64,000 nucleotides of DNA from contig JYFJ02000451.1 of assembly GCA_000934665.2 (NCBI GenBank), positions 1 to 64,000 on the forward strand. Direction: 5' to 3'. Below the pieces are notes generated by a model, which was given only the letters and a program-made list of their open reading frames with translations, did no database searches and had not been told where the DNA came from. The stretch is from Catajapyx aquilonaris (taxonomy: Eukaryota). Each line of letters opens with the position of its first letter. The first letter of the stretch is position 1. Shown here piece by piece: positions 47,760-60,500 of the stretch. The translations under genes were made by a program, and so were the position numbers.

Positions 47760-48370
47760 CCAGCCCTTGGGCCGCCCCAGCAGCCTTATATACCCGGTCA
47801 GACCCTAGTGTCGAGCCAATCGGCACTTAGCCGGTTGGATCCATCCAAGGCCTATCTAGAAGGCCCCGGCCCAAGCCATGAAGAAGCCACTGACCTCGTG
47901 CCGCGCGGCACGTAAACAATGGCCGCCCCTCCCTGCACTCGCCCCCTGCCTCTCCCGCCCCAGGTTTGGCCCCGAGCTCACCTCCGAACCTTTTCCGATC
48001 AGAATCCGGTCTCCTGCCCAGGTTCCAGCCCCGGAGAGACGCCCGGAAAAAGGTCAACAAAAAGGAAGGCTTCGGGTCCGAATTCGCACGCCGTTCTAGT
48101 GAGTGATCCGGTCGGCAGGGGGCAGACAAGGCGGATCGTTCGGGAACGTTCGGGAACATTCGGGAATATCCGGAATCAGACTGAGGGAGGGGGAGGGCTA
48201 AAATTTTAAACATTAAAACTAACTGAGGGGCGACATTTTAATATTGTGCAAGTTTATGTTAAATTATTTATTTTTTGTGGGGGTGGAACGCCGTCGACGA
48301 CAGATTCGCGCCGCTTTTATTTTTCCCCATTGAAGTTCCATTATGTAACAGGTGTACCGTACTTGGTAGC
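47760..48370. promoter_or_regulatory. GC/CpG-rich divergent promoter region (orphan gene / IMMP1L)
   Basis: Sharp local rise in GC and CpG immediately upstream of the IMMP1L ATG; short TTCGGGAAC repeats at about 48139-48170. Confidence 0.55.
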
Positions 48371-48371
48371 G

Positions 48372-48951
48372 ATGCTGCTGAGTTCAAGGTTGAAGAGGGC
48401 TGTGGTCAAGTCGGCCTGGTTCGGCGCGTATGTCGTGCAGTACGGGTGCATCACACACTGCGTGCTTGAATATGTTGCGGATTTTGTGGTCGTAAGTTTC
48501 AGGCTGGTTCGGAAAAGGTCATTTACACTGGAAATGGACCCGGTGCGGACCCGGTTCACGTTGTTACCGTCACGGACAGTGATGCCAACGTGTCAGTAAC
48601 ATACTGTGCAGGTTGGCAAAACTACAGCAAAGTGGACCGGGTTCATTTTTTGGTGCAGTGTAAATTAACCCGTTGATCCGGTGATAGTGGATGCATCACC
48701 AACTGTCACTTATTTTTGGTCTTTTGCAGTGCACGGGACCGTCGATGGAACCGACAATCTACTCACATGATGTGATACTCACGGAGCACATATCACCACG
48801 TATGCGGAAGTATAACAGGGGCGACATTGTTGTGGCTAAGTCGCCTACCAATCCAGAACAGAATGTGTGCAAGAGGCTTGTTGCACTCGCAGGGGACAAG
48901 CTCAAGAGAGGACTGTCATCTGAAATTGTGGGTTGATACATCGTTTGGAGC

Positions 48952-49007
<56 letters not shown>

Positions 49008-49619
49008 TGGTGAAACCTGCAAAGAGAACCTGTGGACGCATCTGGAACTTACCTATTACGGAACTTAGGCTTCAGCAAAAGATTTTTAATGAATTTCTAT
49101 GACACGCAATGGAAAATTTTCAGGCAGAAACTTTTTTTAAATTGAATCAAGTAACAGGTTTCACTGTAACAAATTGGAATACAGTAGTATATGAGTTACA
49201 CATGTGGATTGTAAAGATCAAAAGCCCATGTGACATATTCACATTGTTGTAGGTGAAATTTTGATGCCATAAGTAGCCTCAGTAAGAGAAGCATGTTTAT
49301 TTGCATGTGCGAAGGCACATGCAAGTTGTAGAAAGTAACATTACCATTTATAAGTCAAGTAAAATGATGTCAGTCATGGTGGTAGTTGGTTCATTCACCA
49401 AATGATGATTAGCCAGCGTCTTTCAATGCCAAAATTTATCCTGACTTCTAATTTCAGATTCCTCGAGGCCACGTTTGGCTAGAAGGTGACAATGCAAGCA
49501 ACTCGACCGACTCCCGCAATTACGGCCCTATCCCCGAGGCTCTCATAAGGGGCAGGGTGATCTGCAGAGTGTGGCCATTAAGTAACTTTCAAATGTTGAC
49601 CCACAGTGTAAAGGAATGA
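48372..49619 (+). CDS. IMMP1L: Mitochondrial inner membrane protease subunit 1 (159 aa, 3 exons)
   Basis: Exons 48372-48491, 48730-48927 and 49458-49619. Motifs: [17 protein letters not shown] (catalytic Ser), [13 protein letters not shown] (catalytic Lys), [30 protein letters not shown]. Confidence 0.96.
48526..48660. mobile_element. Small TA-flanked MITE in IMMP1L intron 1
   Basis: TA-CACTG-GAAATGGACCCGG ... CCGGGTTCATTTT...CAGTG-TA. Confidence 0.45.
48952..49006. repeat. (TAA)n microsatellite in IMMP1L intron 2
   Basis: Directly visible. Confidence 0.95.
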
Positions 49620-49868
49620 CCATCTGAAGCCAGGGTGCCCCCAAATCTATGTTCAGTTCAGAGGATTTGATAAAAAAAAGATGCGAAGAAAAAAAGGTAC
49701 CTGAAGTCGGACTATGTGTGTGTACTGTTCAGGTTTTGTATATGGTTTGTTATTTCAGTTCATGTTACGTGCCATAGAGTCAGCTCATTTTTGGCATCGC
49801 AGCAGTAAAATATTTAACCAACTGGTGATACATCTTTGTGTCGTCTTTTAAACGTTGCCGCCTCTTAA

Positions 49869-50021
49869 AGCCGCGTTTACGTGTGAGAGATTTGATCTGA
49901 GCATGAATCCAATTGTTTCGGGCGAAAATCAATTGTTACTTTCGGCTGCTTTCGAAAATTGTATTCATCGCTTACAATTAGTGATGAGATCGCTGATCAA
50001 ATCACTTACATGTACACGGCT
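49869..50021. mobile_element. PIF/Harbinger-type MITE, family copy 3
   Basis: TAA-AGCCGCGTTTACGTGTGAG ... CTTACATGTACACGGCT-TAA, with the shared GGGCGAAAATCAATTGTTACTTTC core. Confidence 0.7.
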
Positions 50022-53000
50022 TAAATGATATCTACAGGGTGTCCCTAAAGTCTCGTAGGTATTGTTGGGTGCAATACTTTTAAGCTGAAGGCCACCCTGT
50101 AGCAAGTTAAACTGTATTATGTTACATACCGTATCGCAGTCCCTGTTCGACCCCGCCGCCTGGTGACAATCCTATGTACTCTTTTCAGGCACGTGCGATT
50201 CCCTGTCTGGCCGCGAGATGTCAGCAGCGTCGTCCCAGTCCCCCCTCAGGCGCTGTCCTCCCGATTGTCCTGTGGGTTTCGGGCTCCTCTGGTTGACGGC
50301 CGTCTCACCTGGAACCGGGACCTGGCAGACAAAACCAGGAGCTGAAACCGGGACCGGTTCACCTGACACATCACCCTCAGGACAAGGCTAAAAGGTAATT
50401 CAAACACACTGTGAATCAAACAATCGGACTTGTCCAACTACCGCAATGTCGAGGCCTACCGTATGCAACTAGCGGTCAGTTCAGTCAGGTCAGAAAATTA
50501 AATTAAAATCCATTCCGTGCTAACTGACATGTTACGGGCGGTTTTTTTGAATGTAGGGGGGGGGGAAAGCTGCGAAAGTGACGTGATATCTGCGAAAGCG
50601 AAAACTGTATTCGGTAATCGGTCTGGCTAGTTATTCATTTTTGCGGACAGCGCAACATTTTCTCCTGTGGTTATGCCTCGGATGGCACGCACAACCAACA
50701 TCGCTTCTCACTGTCTGAACAGACAAAAATTGCTAGCTGTCAAAACAAGGGACATTATAATGGGCATTCTCCAAATCATCAGGCGGTCATAAGAGCGCAA
50801 AAATACGTGCTCGGTACGTGCCGGCATAAGCCAGTTGGTAAGTGTCATAGCATGTCATTAGTCACGGACCACGAAGCATTCCCAGATTAGTAGCTGCACC
50901 GTCGTTGCACTCGTAGTACATGTTTCCTTTTCCGTGCATGGTCAGACTTCCGTTTCTTGGCAAGTTTTTTTCGGGGGTACGACTACTCTCTTTTTTCCTG
51001 CATTTTCATTGTACTCGGTGCGGTGACGAAAGTTGGCGTAAATTCGTTGGAACTGCTGCCGTGACTGATTAATAGGTATTTACGTGCCAATTATTCGGCA
51101 TTGTCTTGTCACCGGCTTTTTTTTTTTTCCTGGAAACTTGTTTGTTTTGTGTGCTTTGTATGGGGTGGTGCACCTCCCCAAGGGGTGTTCAAGGGGAGGC
51201 CAAGGGGAAAAGTTGTGACCTGTTTACTCCAGTAATCATTTTTGGAGAAAAACAACTCCTTGGAAGAGTGTTTCTTGAGTACCGGTACACTAACAAAAGT
51301 GCGCCACAATGTTGATTGAATGTGACACATTCAAATCAGCTAGATCAGCATCTCAAGTGTCTGGCTTGCATATAATGTTACAGTTTTCAGTTAAGTGTCC
51401 GTTTTATCTTGAGAAATTTCATGACGTGTATAGTACGACGACATCCAGCCTCAGCACTTAATGAGTACTGTACCAGGTCCGTTGAACCCAGTGAAGCTGT
51501 GATGCAAGGGAAGACTTGTTGCCCTTTTTCAAACTGAGAGTCTGTGTAATTTTTTGGCACTGATTATCAGGAAGTGACAAACTGGAGGACCTGATGCTGC
51601 CAGAAACATTACTCGTGGGTTGCTAGATCATCCGCGTGGTTCCAAGGTCCCTTCCAGAGAGATAACTATATAATGATTGGCAGAAAGGGCTTCTAAAGAT
51701 TATTTTAATACCAGAAAAGGGGAAGATATATGGAACCACATCCAGATGGTGCTTGGTGATTGGTCGTTTTATTTTTGAAGCTGTTGTTTGCCTGCCAACA
51801 GGCTTAAACAGTACAAGGTGTTCTAAAAGTATCGAAGGTGAAGGATAATAGCAGGTGTTCTTATAATATTAAAAAAGAGAGCAATTTCATTCATTGCGTC
51901 ATACACAACGACCAATTATCTAATTTAATCTGCCCATTTGCGCTTAATGTATGCATGGAATTTTCACACTTGCTATACATATTACATAAGTTCGGATCAT
52001 ATTTTTTGTGGCGATTCTCATGGGGATTTACGTATTCATTTCTCCATCCAAGGTCTCCACTGAACCTTGCAAATCATCCTCAATCCCCATCCTCACCCTT
52101 GGAGGACCCCACCATCACCTCCCTACAGCACCCAACTCATCTGCCCGAATGGAGGCTATGCAGGAGAGGGGGGGGGGGGGGGNGGGGGGGGGGGGGTGAC
52201 GGTCCTTGGAATTAAAGGGACGGGTGCAAAACGGAATGTTCTGGCATAACACATTTTTTTTCTGATTCACTAAAGCCAACATGATCATAAACACGAGCTG
52301 TTTTGCAGACATCTTAAGTATTGGTGATGTGTGCACCAAATGACGTCACGAGTACACACCCAATTTTTCGCGATAAAAAAAAATATATTGTCGCGCGACA
52401 TTTACTCCGGAACATACACAGCCAGTGGCCGTCACGCAGAATTTTTTGTCACGGATCACCAGGTGATGAACCAACCAGATTGCCGTACACTTCCGCATAA
52501 GCACGCTCGAGGGAATGTGTCGCAATTTATTTTTTTATATATAAAAAAAGTCGCTCGTCACGGTACTAAGGTAAATATATCGCCACCTTGGCCCGCCTTC
52601 CCGGTTGTGACACACTTTTATTGTACGCAATATATCCGCAGAAATCGAGTAATAATCACACCTTGTGTTTAGTTACGTTTTCATACGCGTTGAATTACCA
52701 TTGTTGCGAACCGTTTCTGTAGAAAGCTGCAGCGGAATGTTGCCAATCACACACTTTTTAGGGCTTTTAGATAGGAATATATAGGCGAAAGTTGGTGAAA
52801 TGTACGGACGGATGGATATGCAATCAACAGGTCTTTTACCTCCGGTTTTTTTTAATTATTATTATTCGTGGGGAAATGACCACCTGCTATCCATAAGGAC
52901 CGTATGCATGGAGACATTTTTTTTTTTTCTGTCACTTTTTGTGTGTCGAACAGGTCACACGGACTTTTGTTGGCAGGGTTAAAGGAGTTTGATGACGCGG

Positions 53001-54547
53001 TGCGTGACGTCAACATGGGAATCACTTGGGCGAAACGATGCGCCGGAGTATTGCTCTTCGTCAGGAGACGCCCTCGGAGGAGATGAAAAAAAAAAGAAGC
53101 AAGGGCGTCGGTATTAGTTTTTGTCTAGAGTTATTGCCAAGTTATTTTGAGACAAATTGCGTTATTCATGGAGCGATAGTAAAATTATGTGGCAGATAAG
53201 TTTGGTATTTCTTGGGGGTTACGTAAGTACGTTTTTAGAATTTGTAACATTTTATAGCTGTACTGTAGACGGTGGCGATAACGGTACAATAAAGCACCGA
53301 TTAAAGTGATCCACCTGCTGACATTCAGCTCTATCACATTGCGAATATCAGCGAATCAACACGATGTTTCCTAATTCCATCGTTTAATATTTATCAGTTG
53401 CGTGAATGTTGGTGGCAATAACATGAGCTGTCACATAGCTATGTTCTATGCGGCAGAAAGGGTCACCTTGATACTCAGAATGTGTGTACTAGCATTATAG
53501 CATAATTAGATAATATTCGAGATCAAAAAAAGGTTACTGCTCGATTGCTCAGTTATCTATCAATTGAAAGGGTCGGTGGACTTCACAGGAACATAACTCG
53601 AGTATAGTCTTTTACCCGCCGAATATTGTGTGACCCCGATGCTTTCGTCACCTGCGAAAATCTTCAGCATCGATTTTCGCCAGTGACGTAAGCCCCCAGT
53701 TTTCTGGTACGAGTAGACAGATGGCTAAGGGGGGAAAATTTTGCACACCTCACCCTTCTTGACATATACACACACGTATAGTAAGATAGCTCAGATTATT
53801 TTCTTCCCACCTTCTGAACTGTCCTACTCTTCACCTTGAAAAGTGGGATGTATGTGAAGGGTATTTTTTTTTCATTATTTGGGAGCAGCATCCAGTTATT
53901 CGTCCTCTTGTACACAGAGGAATGCGAGCTGCTGATCCGTGCAATGGACACTGGGCACCACCGATGGACGAGTCCCATTGTTAGGGGCAGGAAGGACATT
54001 GTCTAGGAGGAATTTTCTTTCACCTCGTTTTCTTTTTATTGGGAGAAACAAGGGGGGGGGGATAGGAGAGGATTTTTTTTTTTTTAAAGGCTTTGTGCTC
54101 TTTTCACCTGCAATGGGCTTGGGGGGTTTAGGGCCATGTGAAACCGCCTTCGAAACCGAGTAAGCGGTTTTGGCGACGGCTTCTTGTTTTTGTTCTGAGC
54201 CAATGATGTTATAAAAGAAAAGTATTCTGGTAGAACGCTGACTCATGAGGAAAGCCCGAATAACGCACCTGCCAGCAGTTTTACGGTGTGGGACATTTAT
54301 CTCGTAAATGCCTTGGGAATTTGTAGTTTTTTGGAGAGAAAAATACCCCGGTATGTCAGATCCATTAAGGAGTTTTTTAGTTACAGTAGGCATCAACAAG
54401 AGATTTCCCCTTGAGCTCTTTCACATAAGTTCACATGAATACTGTAATAATAGTGTCAGGAATTAACCAGGCATCTTGTTTCCTCCTAATTAGCGCTAAT
54501 AGCCTTCCCATGAATGTTTTTTTTTTCTTCTTCTTTCTAAACTTAAT

Positions 54548-54742
54548 AAGGCACTGTGGTAGCACAGTGGTTTAGCACTCCAACTGTGATATCCCGCCTT
54601 CGATTTTTATTTGAGAAAGGTTGATGGATCGGTTCTCTATGTGTTCGCAAGAGTTTTCTGGGGGTCCACTCTCACACACATAATTCAGATAATTGATCAT
54701 ACGGATATGTAAATGACGATTATGTACAAGTCTACAGTCCTA

Positions 54743-54818
<76 letters not shown>
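54548..54818 (+). mobile_element. Degraded tRNA-derived SINE followed by (AAT)n
   Basis: A-box-like GTAGCACAGTGGTTTAG, a decayed GAGTTTTCTGGGGGTCC core, and (AAT)n at about 54747-54818. Confidence 0.45.
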
Positions 54819-54819
<1 letters not shown>

Positions 54820-55051
54820 TATATTATGAAGGCATGACGTCAGTGTAACTAAACGTGACTGATAGAAAGGCACTGTCCCTTTTTAACATTTACTTCTGTG
54901 TGTGACAAAGATTCGTCAGACGTTGAGCAAATGTTTGACCCCTTTTTTTTTCACCAGAATTTGCAACCGAACCAAGGTATTTCCGTTCCGCCCACGTTTG
55001 CAAATTTGCGCGACGTCTGAAAGAAGCGGGTCGGGTTAACAAAAGCGTACC

Positions 55052-55533
55052 GCGTGCACCTGTTTTTTTGCACACGTATCGAAACACCGTTTTTTTTTCA
55101 AATTTCTTTTTTTTTGTACAAGAGGTATTTCATGGCCGACTATTTTAACAAATTGATATAAAAAAACCAAGTGATATAGTCCTTTGGTATTACGTCGCAA
55201 TGAGAGCAAGTCTGAGATAAGGAAATGTTTTATTACGGGAAAACGTGCGTGTGTATGTGCTAAGCATGTCCGAGAGAGGGTTGGATAAAGTGTGCATGAA
55301 AAAAAAAAAAGTGTTTGAGGAGGGGGGGTGGTAGAAACAAAAGGTTGGCCCCTTGTATGATGAGGGTGTGGTGCGGCTGTGCGCCGGGGGGTTTTGCACT
55401 CGGCTCGTGTCGGGTTTTGCAGCAGGCACCACTGCTCCGGAGGGTTATCGACGGGAAAGAGCCGAGGCGCGCGCCTCTCTTTTTGTAGCTTCTCTCATCA
55501 TACGACGATCAGAACTCGATTCGGGTGTGTGCA
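55052..55533. promoter_or_regulatory. Cluster of five metal-response elements (TGCRCNC) upstream of ZnT1
   Basis: MRE cores at 55052-55058 (-), 55069-55075 (+), 55290-55296 (-), 55395-55401 (+, TGCACTCGGC) and 55527-55533 (-), within a CpG-rich stretch. Confidence 0.65.
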
Positions 55534-55697
55534 CATTACAAGTGTTGGCTGGTGGACATTCAGTGGACAGCTGCAGCAGCACGTGTGAGGAGAAAATCTC
55601 GGCGATACCGGAAGGTACGGTATCCCAGCAGGTGCAGACAGCGTGTCGTCCACTTGGGAATTCCCGCCTCTCTTGATCCGGGTTCGACTCCCGAACC

Positions 55698-55762
<65 letters not shown>
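55698..55762. repeat. (AAT)n microsatellite
   Basis: Directly visible. Confidence 0.95.
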
Positions 55763-57556
55763 GGGCAGTAGTTGGGTCGTTGCATTCGTCAGAATTTTTT
55801 AAGGTACATAATGTAACATAAATTGTTGTACTGCAATGACATGGAAATAACCGCCAGAAACCACCAAACTGCCTGGTTTTATTTTGTCAAAATATTTATG
55901 ATATGTTGTGAATGACTGAGCGGGAAATTTCGGATTGTAAATATTGGGGGTAACAATGCTGAAGTCCCATAAGATGTTTTGAGAGCGATTGCTTGGGCAG
56001 GGTTGGAGCGGTTTTAATAATAAGGACATGCGAGGTATCAGGAAGTGGTGGTTTCCGTTTCGTGATTAGTATTCGCTTGTCTGTTGGGTTTATCGAGTTA
56101 TTGGAGCTTGGGGGGGTTGGGTGGCAATATATCCGAGGACGTGATGCGTTTATGGATAGGGTTACAAGGCTTGTTGGAAGTGTAGGGGCAGCCTTATTGG
56201 AAGGTCTTGAGATTTTGGGTGTGTATAAGTCCTGCAGTTAGAGACACATTTGCAAGATTTTTGCTGGCAAGCATATTTACACGGTATAATAGCTGTGAAG
56301 TTTCAATGATGTTAACTACGGAGTGCTTAGGGAATGCCCTGTATTGTACACCGCACATCTATCATTCCTGCTTGATGGATGATATGTTGTGCAGGATACG
56401 TGCAATGGTAATGTGATCGAATCATCGTTGTTATTGCATGCTATAACTATGCTGCGTATTTTGCGCATAGAACAGGCTGAAGAATCACATTGCCTGAAGC
56501 AAGGGATTAGTGGCCATCCTGTAAATGAAGATGAAGGAATTGTGTGAAAGCTTATTATGACTCTGGGGAAGTGATGTACAGGCATCTCCAGAAGTGTTTG
56601 CGAACCTGTTGGTTTGGTTTAAAATTAGAATTGGCAAGCTTTCAGGTGGTTCGGGTAAAACTTCTGATAGGAAGGAAATAAATTGAAAGTTGCACTGAAA
56701 TAAGTAGAAGCCGCTGTCAGTAACTGTAATATTTTTTGGCCCACTGTTTATTTGACAGGTTGTCATATCATATTTTCTCATCTTTCAAACAGGATGTTTT
56801 TCTTGAGATTCAAAATTTGATTCTCCACCACACTCAGGGAAGTACAGTACATGGTTTTCTAATGTAACAGGAGACCTAAAGCAGTGAAATATTATCATGT
56901 ATTCGTTAATCTGGGAATGGGATAAATAAATAATTAAAATAAATAAATACATCGTATTTGTTTCACAGACACTATTAATTTGAATATTTTTCATAGCAAC
57001 CAGACAATAAACAAATGCCTGTTGTAAATAACAATAATGAGAGCTTTTAACAGATGGTGCAAGCTTGAAGGACAATTTTTTGTTGTCTGCTATGGATGTT
57101 ATTTCGACATAAATGACATCCACAAAATTCATTTGTCATTTTATATCACCAAGACAATTTTTAACAGTTCAGAACCAAGCAGTTCTTGTAGTCAGACTGT
57201 TCATTGAAGCATAATAGGTTGCAGTCAGGTGAGAGATTTTAGCCACATGTCAGAATTTATCGAAACCATTTTTTCCCCTTGTATGTTTGAGATAACCTAT
57301 CAGGAAAAACTGCTTGGCCTTCCCACAGCCAAGTGTGTAGCTAGGCTGGAGGTAAGGCTCACACATCAGCAGGTGATAATGAGAAGCTTAATATAGGTTA
57401 CTGGTACATTGTATGCACTACTAGTTGACACCAGTTGGTAATATCCAAAGATTAATTAGGCTTTGGAGGACATGGCCATGCCTCAGTTATGCTGAGTAGA
57501 GGTGAGGCTGATTAATCTTACTCTTGTACTTGTTCTCTTTGCAGTGAAAGAAGAAA

Positions 57557-60500
57557 ATGGGGCGCTACTCAGGCAGGAAGTGTCGCTTGGCGTCCATGTT
57601 TGGGCTGACCATGACTTTCTTCCTAGTGGAAATTATTGTTGGCCATGTAACTAACTCCATGGCCCTTATAGCAGACAGCTTTCATATGTTAAGTGACGTA
57701 GCAGCTTTAGTAGTAGCTTTTGTGTCTGTTAAGGTAAGTTGAAGTCTATCAGGTGCATGGTAACAGTTATGGTATTCAAACTGATTGTCAATGTTTTTTT
57801 TGTAGATATCACCTAAAAAGTGGTCCAAAAACACGTTTGGCTGGGCCAGGGCAGAGGTGTTGGGTGCACTCATCAATTCAGTGTTTCTAGTTGCATTGTG
57901 CTTCTCGGTCTTGGTTGAATCTATCAAGAGGTAAGTGGATATATGACCTTCATGCTATCTATGCCAAGTAGGCAGGCGCTGATATACAGTGCCGTTACCA
58001 AGTTGTTGTTTTTTTGCAATGAGACTTGCTCTGTAGAACATTTTGTATCACCATTCATTGAGATTAAATTTTACATGATAACCAGAATTTTATTGGTACT
58101 GTATTTCAGTGCATCAAACTTGTTGGTTGTGCATTATTTAAGAGATTTAAAAGTGATTAATGGTACTGAACTGTGGCATATTATCATTTCAGGTTCTACG
58201 AGAAAGAGACCATTCATAATGAAATCTTACTACTGGTAGTAGGCACTCTGGGACTAGTAGTTAATCTTATAGGACTCTGCCTCTTTAGGGGTGAGTGATT
58301 TATTATTATGGAAAAAAAAATCATGTAACATTCGCATTGACATAAGACGTAAAAGAAATAACACAGGCTGATTGGAATTAATTTCTTCTTCATTGCAACT
58401 GGAATACTGGAATTTGACTTTTATTCCACAAAATCTGCAGTGAAGAACACTGCAGATCAGTTAATGAGCAGGGTGTATATTTTGCTCAACGGTCCCAATC
58501 CTGGTTGTGTCTTATAATTTGACATTCATTATGTGTCATAATGAGAGCCACTTCCAAGCTGTGTTAGTGCCGCTTCAAAAAGAAAGTTTATTGCTTGAGT
58601 TAGGGTAGGTATGGCTGGGATTTATTATGATGGTGAGATTTTATTAGTTTCAGGATCCCAGAAAGTTAATTAATTCAAAAGCATATACTTCACTCTGTTC
58701 AGGTATAAGTGGAGTGACATGCCTGAGAGTTTGAGGCTGAGAATTATACATTGATCCAAGAGATGTATAAATAGGTCATAAATTTTAAGTGACACACAAC
58801 CCCTTCAACCTTGTAACGTCCCTTGAGGTTAAGACACCACTGGGAATGGTTAAAAACTTAATTGCAGTTGATAATTTTGTTTGTGGAGAAGATATTCTGG
58901 GCCAATTTTTGTGATCTTCTTAGACATTTTCCTGGAATTGAACACAGGAAAGTAGAGCAATCGTATCTAGGAGAGAGCCAGTGCCAGGAATCAATTATGG
59001 ACACTTAATAATACCTTACCAACAATGAAAAATGCTTAGGTGCAGACTGGTATGTTCCCATCCTTTGTGATTGTAATGAGCTCTTGTCCTTCGCCATTAG
59101 TCTCTTGAGGTCAAGAGAACAGCTTCCTGAAGTTGGCACATACCCAGCTATTGTAGCACATGAAAATCTTGATTAATCATCGCTGCTTGTGAGCACTCAA
59201 TTCTATTGGAACCAGCCTTACAATGGTATTGCTTGCATAAATTTCACATACTAAATCTGATGTCAAGGAGAGGTGTGTGGCCCCATTGTAATAAAAAGTA
59301 GTAATTTTACAAGCAGGATTTTAATTTTATTGGTACATGTGCACGTATTGAAAATATTTCATGTTTAATGCTAGATTAATATTGGAAGGGATCTTTAACA
59401 AGTGTTGTCCTGATTGTTCCAGAACATGGCCACGCGCATGGGGGCCATGAGCATTCCCACCAGCTATCAGTGCAGACCCGGTCTTCTCATCTGACCCGCC
59501 TGGTTGCAACTGATGCCAACGAGAACGATGAGACCTTCACTCCGCCCTCCCCATCAGGGGTGCCACCACCTTCCACAAACTCAGACACCAATGGCCGAAA
59601 GCCTGCCGCCCAGTTGAACATGAGGGGTGTGTTCCTTCATGTCATGGCGGATGCCTTGGGTTCTGTAATTGTTATCATCTCAGCACTAATCATTTGGCTG
59701 ACCGACTGGGAGTACAAGTATTACATCGACCCCGTGCTCAGCATCCTCATGGTCATGCTCATTCTCAGGTCCACCTGGCCATTGTGTAAGTTGAGTTTTT
59801 ATTATGACCAGGAACAGTGAGGCATGTTCACGGACTTGCTTTATATTGTAAGTGTCTTAAGTTTAATGTATAATAATGTGTGTTTTTTTTTCCTTCCAAA
59901 CTGTTGGAAGAAGTACTCGTACTTGTGCAATATTTATTGCCGCATGTGAATATCTGGTATTTTTCTTTGTGAATTTATTCAGTAGCACTTCAAGTAGCCC
60001 ATTGTAATTGTAATCAGGATAGCCTGGAGGAATTGAATGTTGTCGTCACAGGAAAAAGCTATTGGGCATAATATTGAGTGGACTTGTGTGTAATTTGAAT
60101 AGTGACTCTTAATTCTGTGTCGTTAGTAATACATTCCTGCTAGTAAAAGTGAAGAATGTGACATTGCTATCGTTGGTAACTTGCCTTGAATATGCATTAG
60201 ACTGATTAGTGCATGAGATGTTCATAAAGGAAGTCGTTTTTCCATACAACTTAATTATGTAATCCCAAATGGGCCTCAACTTGTCTCTTTCCAATCCATT
60301 TCTATAGCCACGAGAGATGCCCTGAGGGCTCAGTAGGACAGCCTTGAAAGCACAGGATTATGTCATTGCTGTGTTATTCTCAATTTAATGGCTCGATCTT
60401 CCTTGCAAAAAAAAAGTGATTCTCTCTTCAATGAGTCAACTTTACTATCAGCAGATGTATTTGAGGTCCACATATTTACTTGCATTAGGATCTGAGCATG

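Noticed and set aside
53896..54399. 167-aa minus-strand ORF upstream of ZnT1
   Set aside because: Non-ATG start, homopolymer-driven composition and no family motif.
55498..55821. Poly-Tyr and poly-Ile ORFs (also poly-Asn at 48827-49102)
   Set aside because: Translations of (AAT)n microsatellites.
55800..56500. Strand-asymmetric G/T-rich block suggesting a decayed LINE or retrocopy on the minus strand
   Set aside because: Translations are stop-ridden and show no recognisable RT, endonuclease or RNase H motif.
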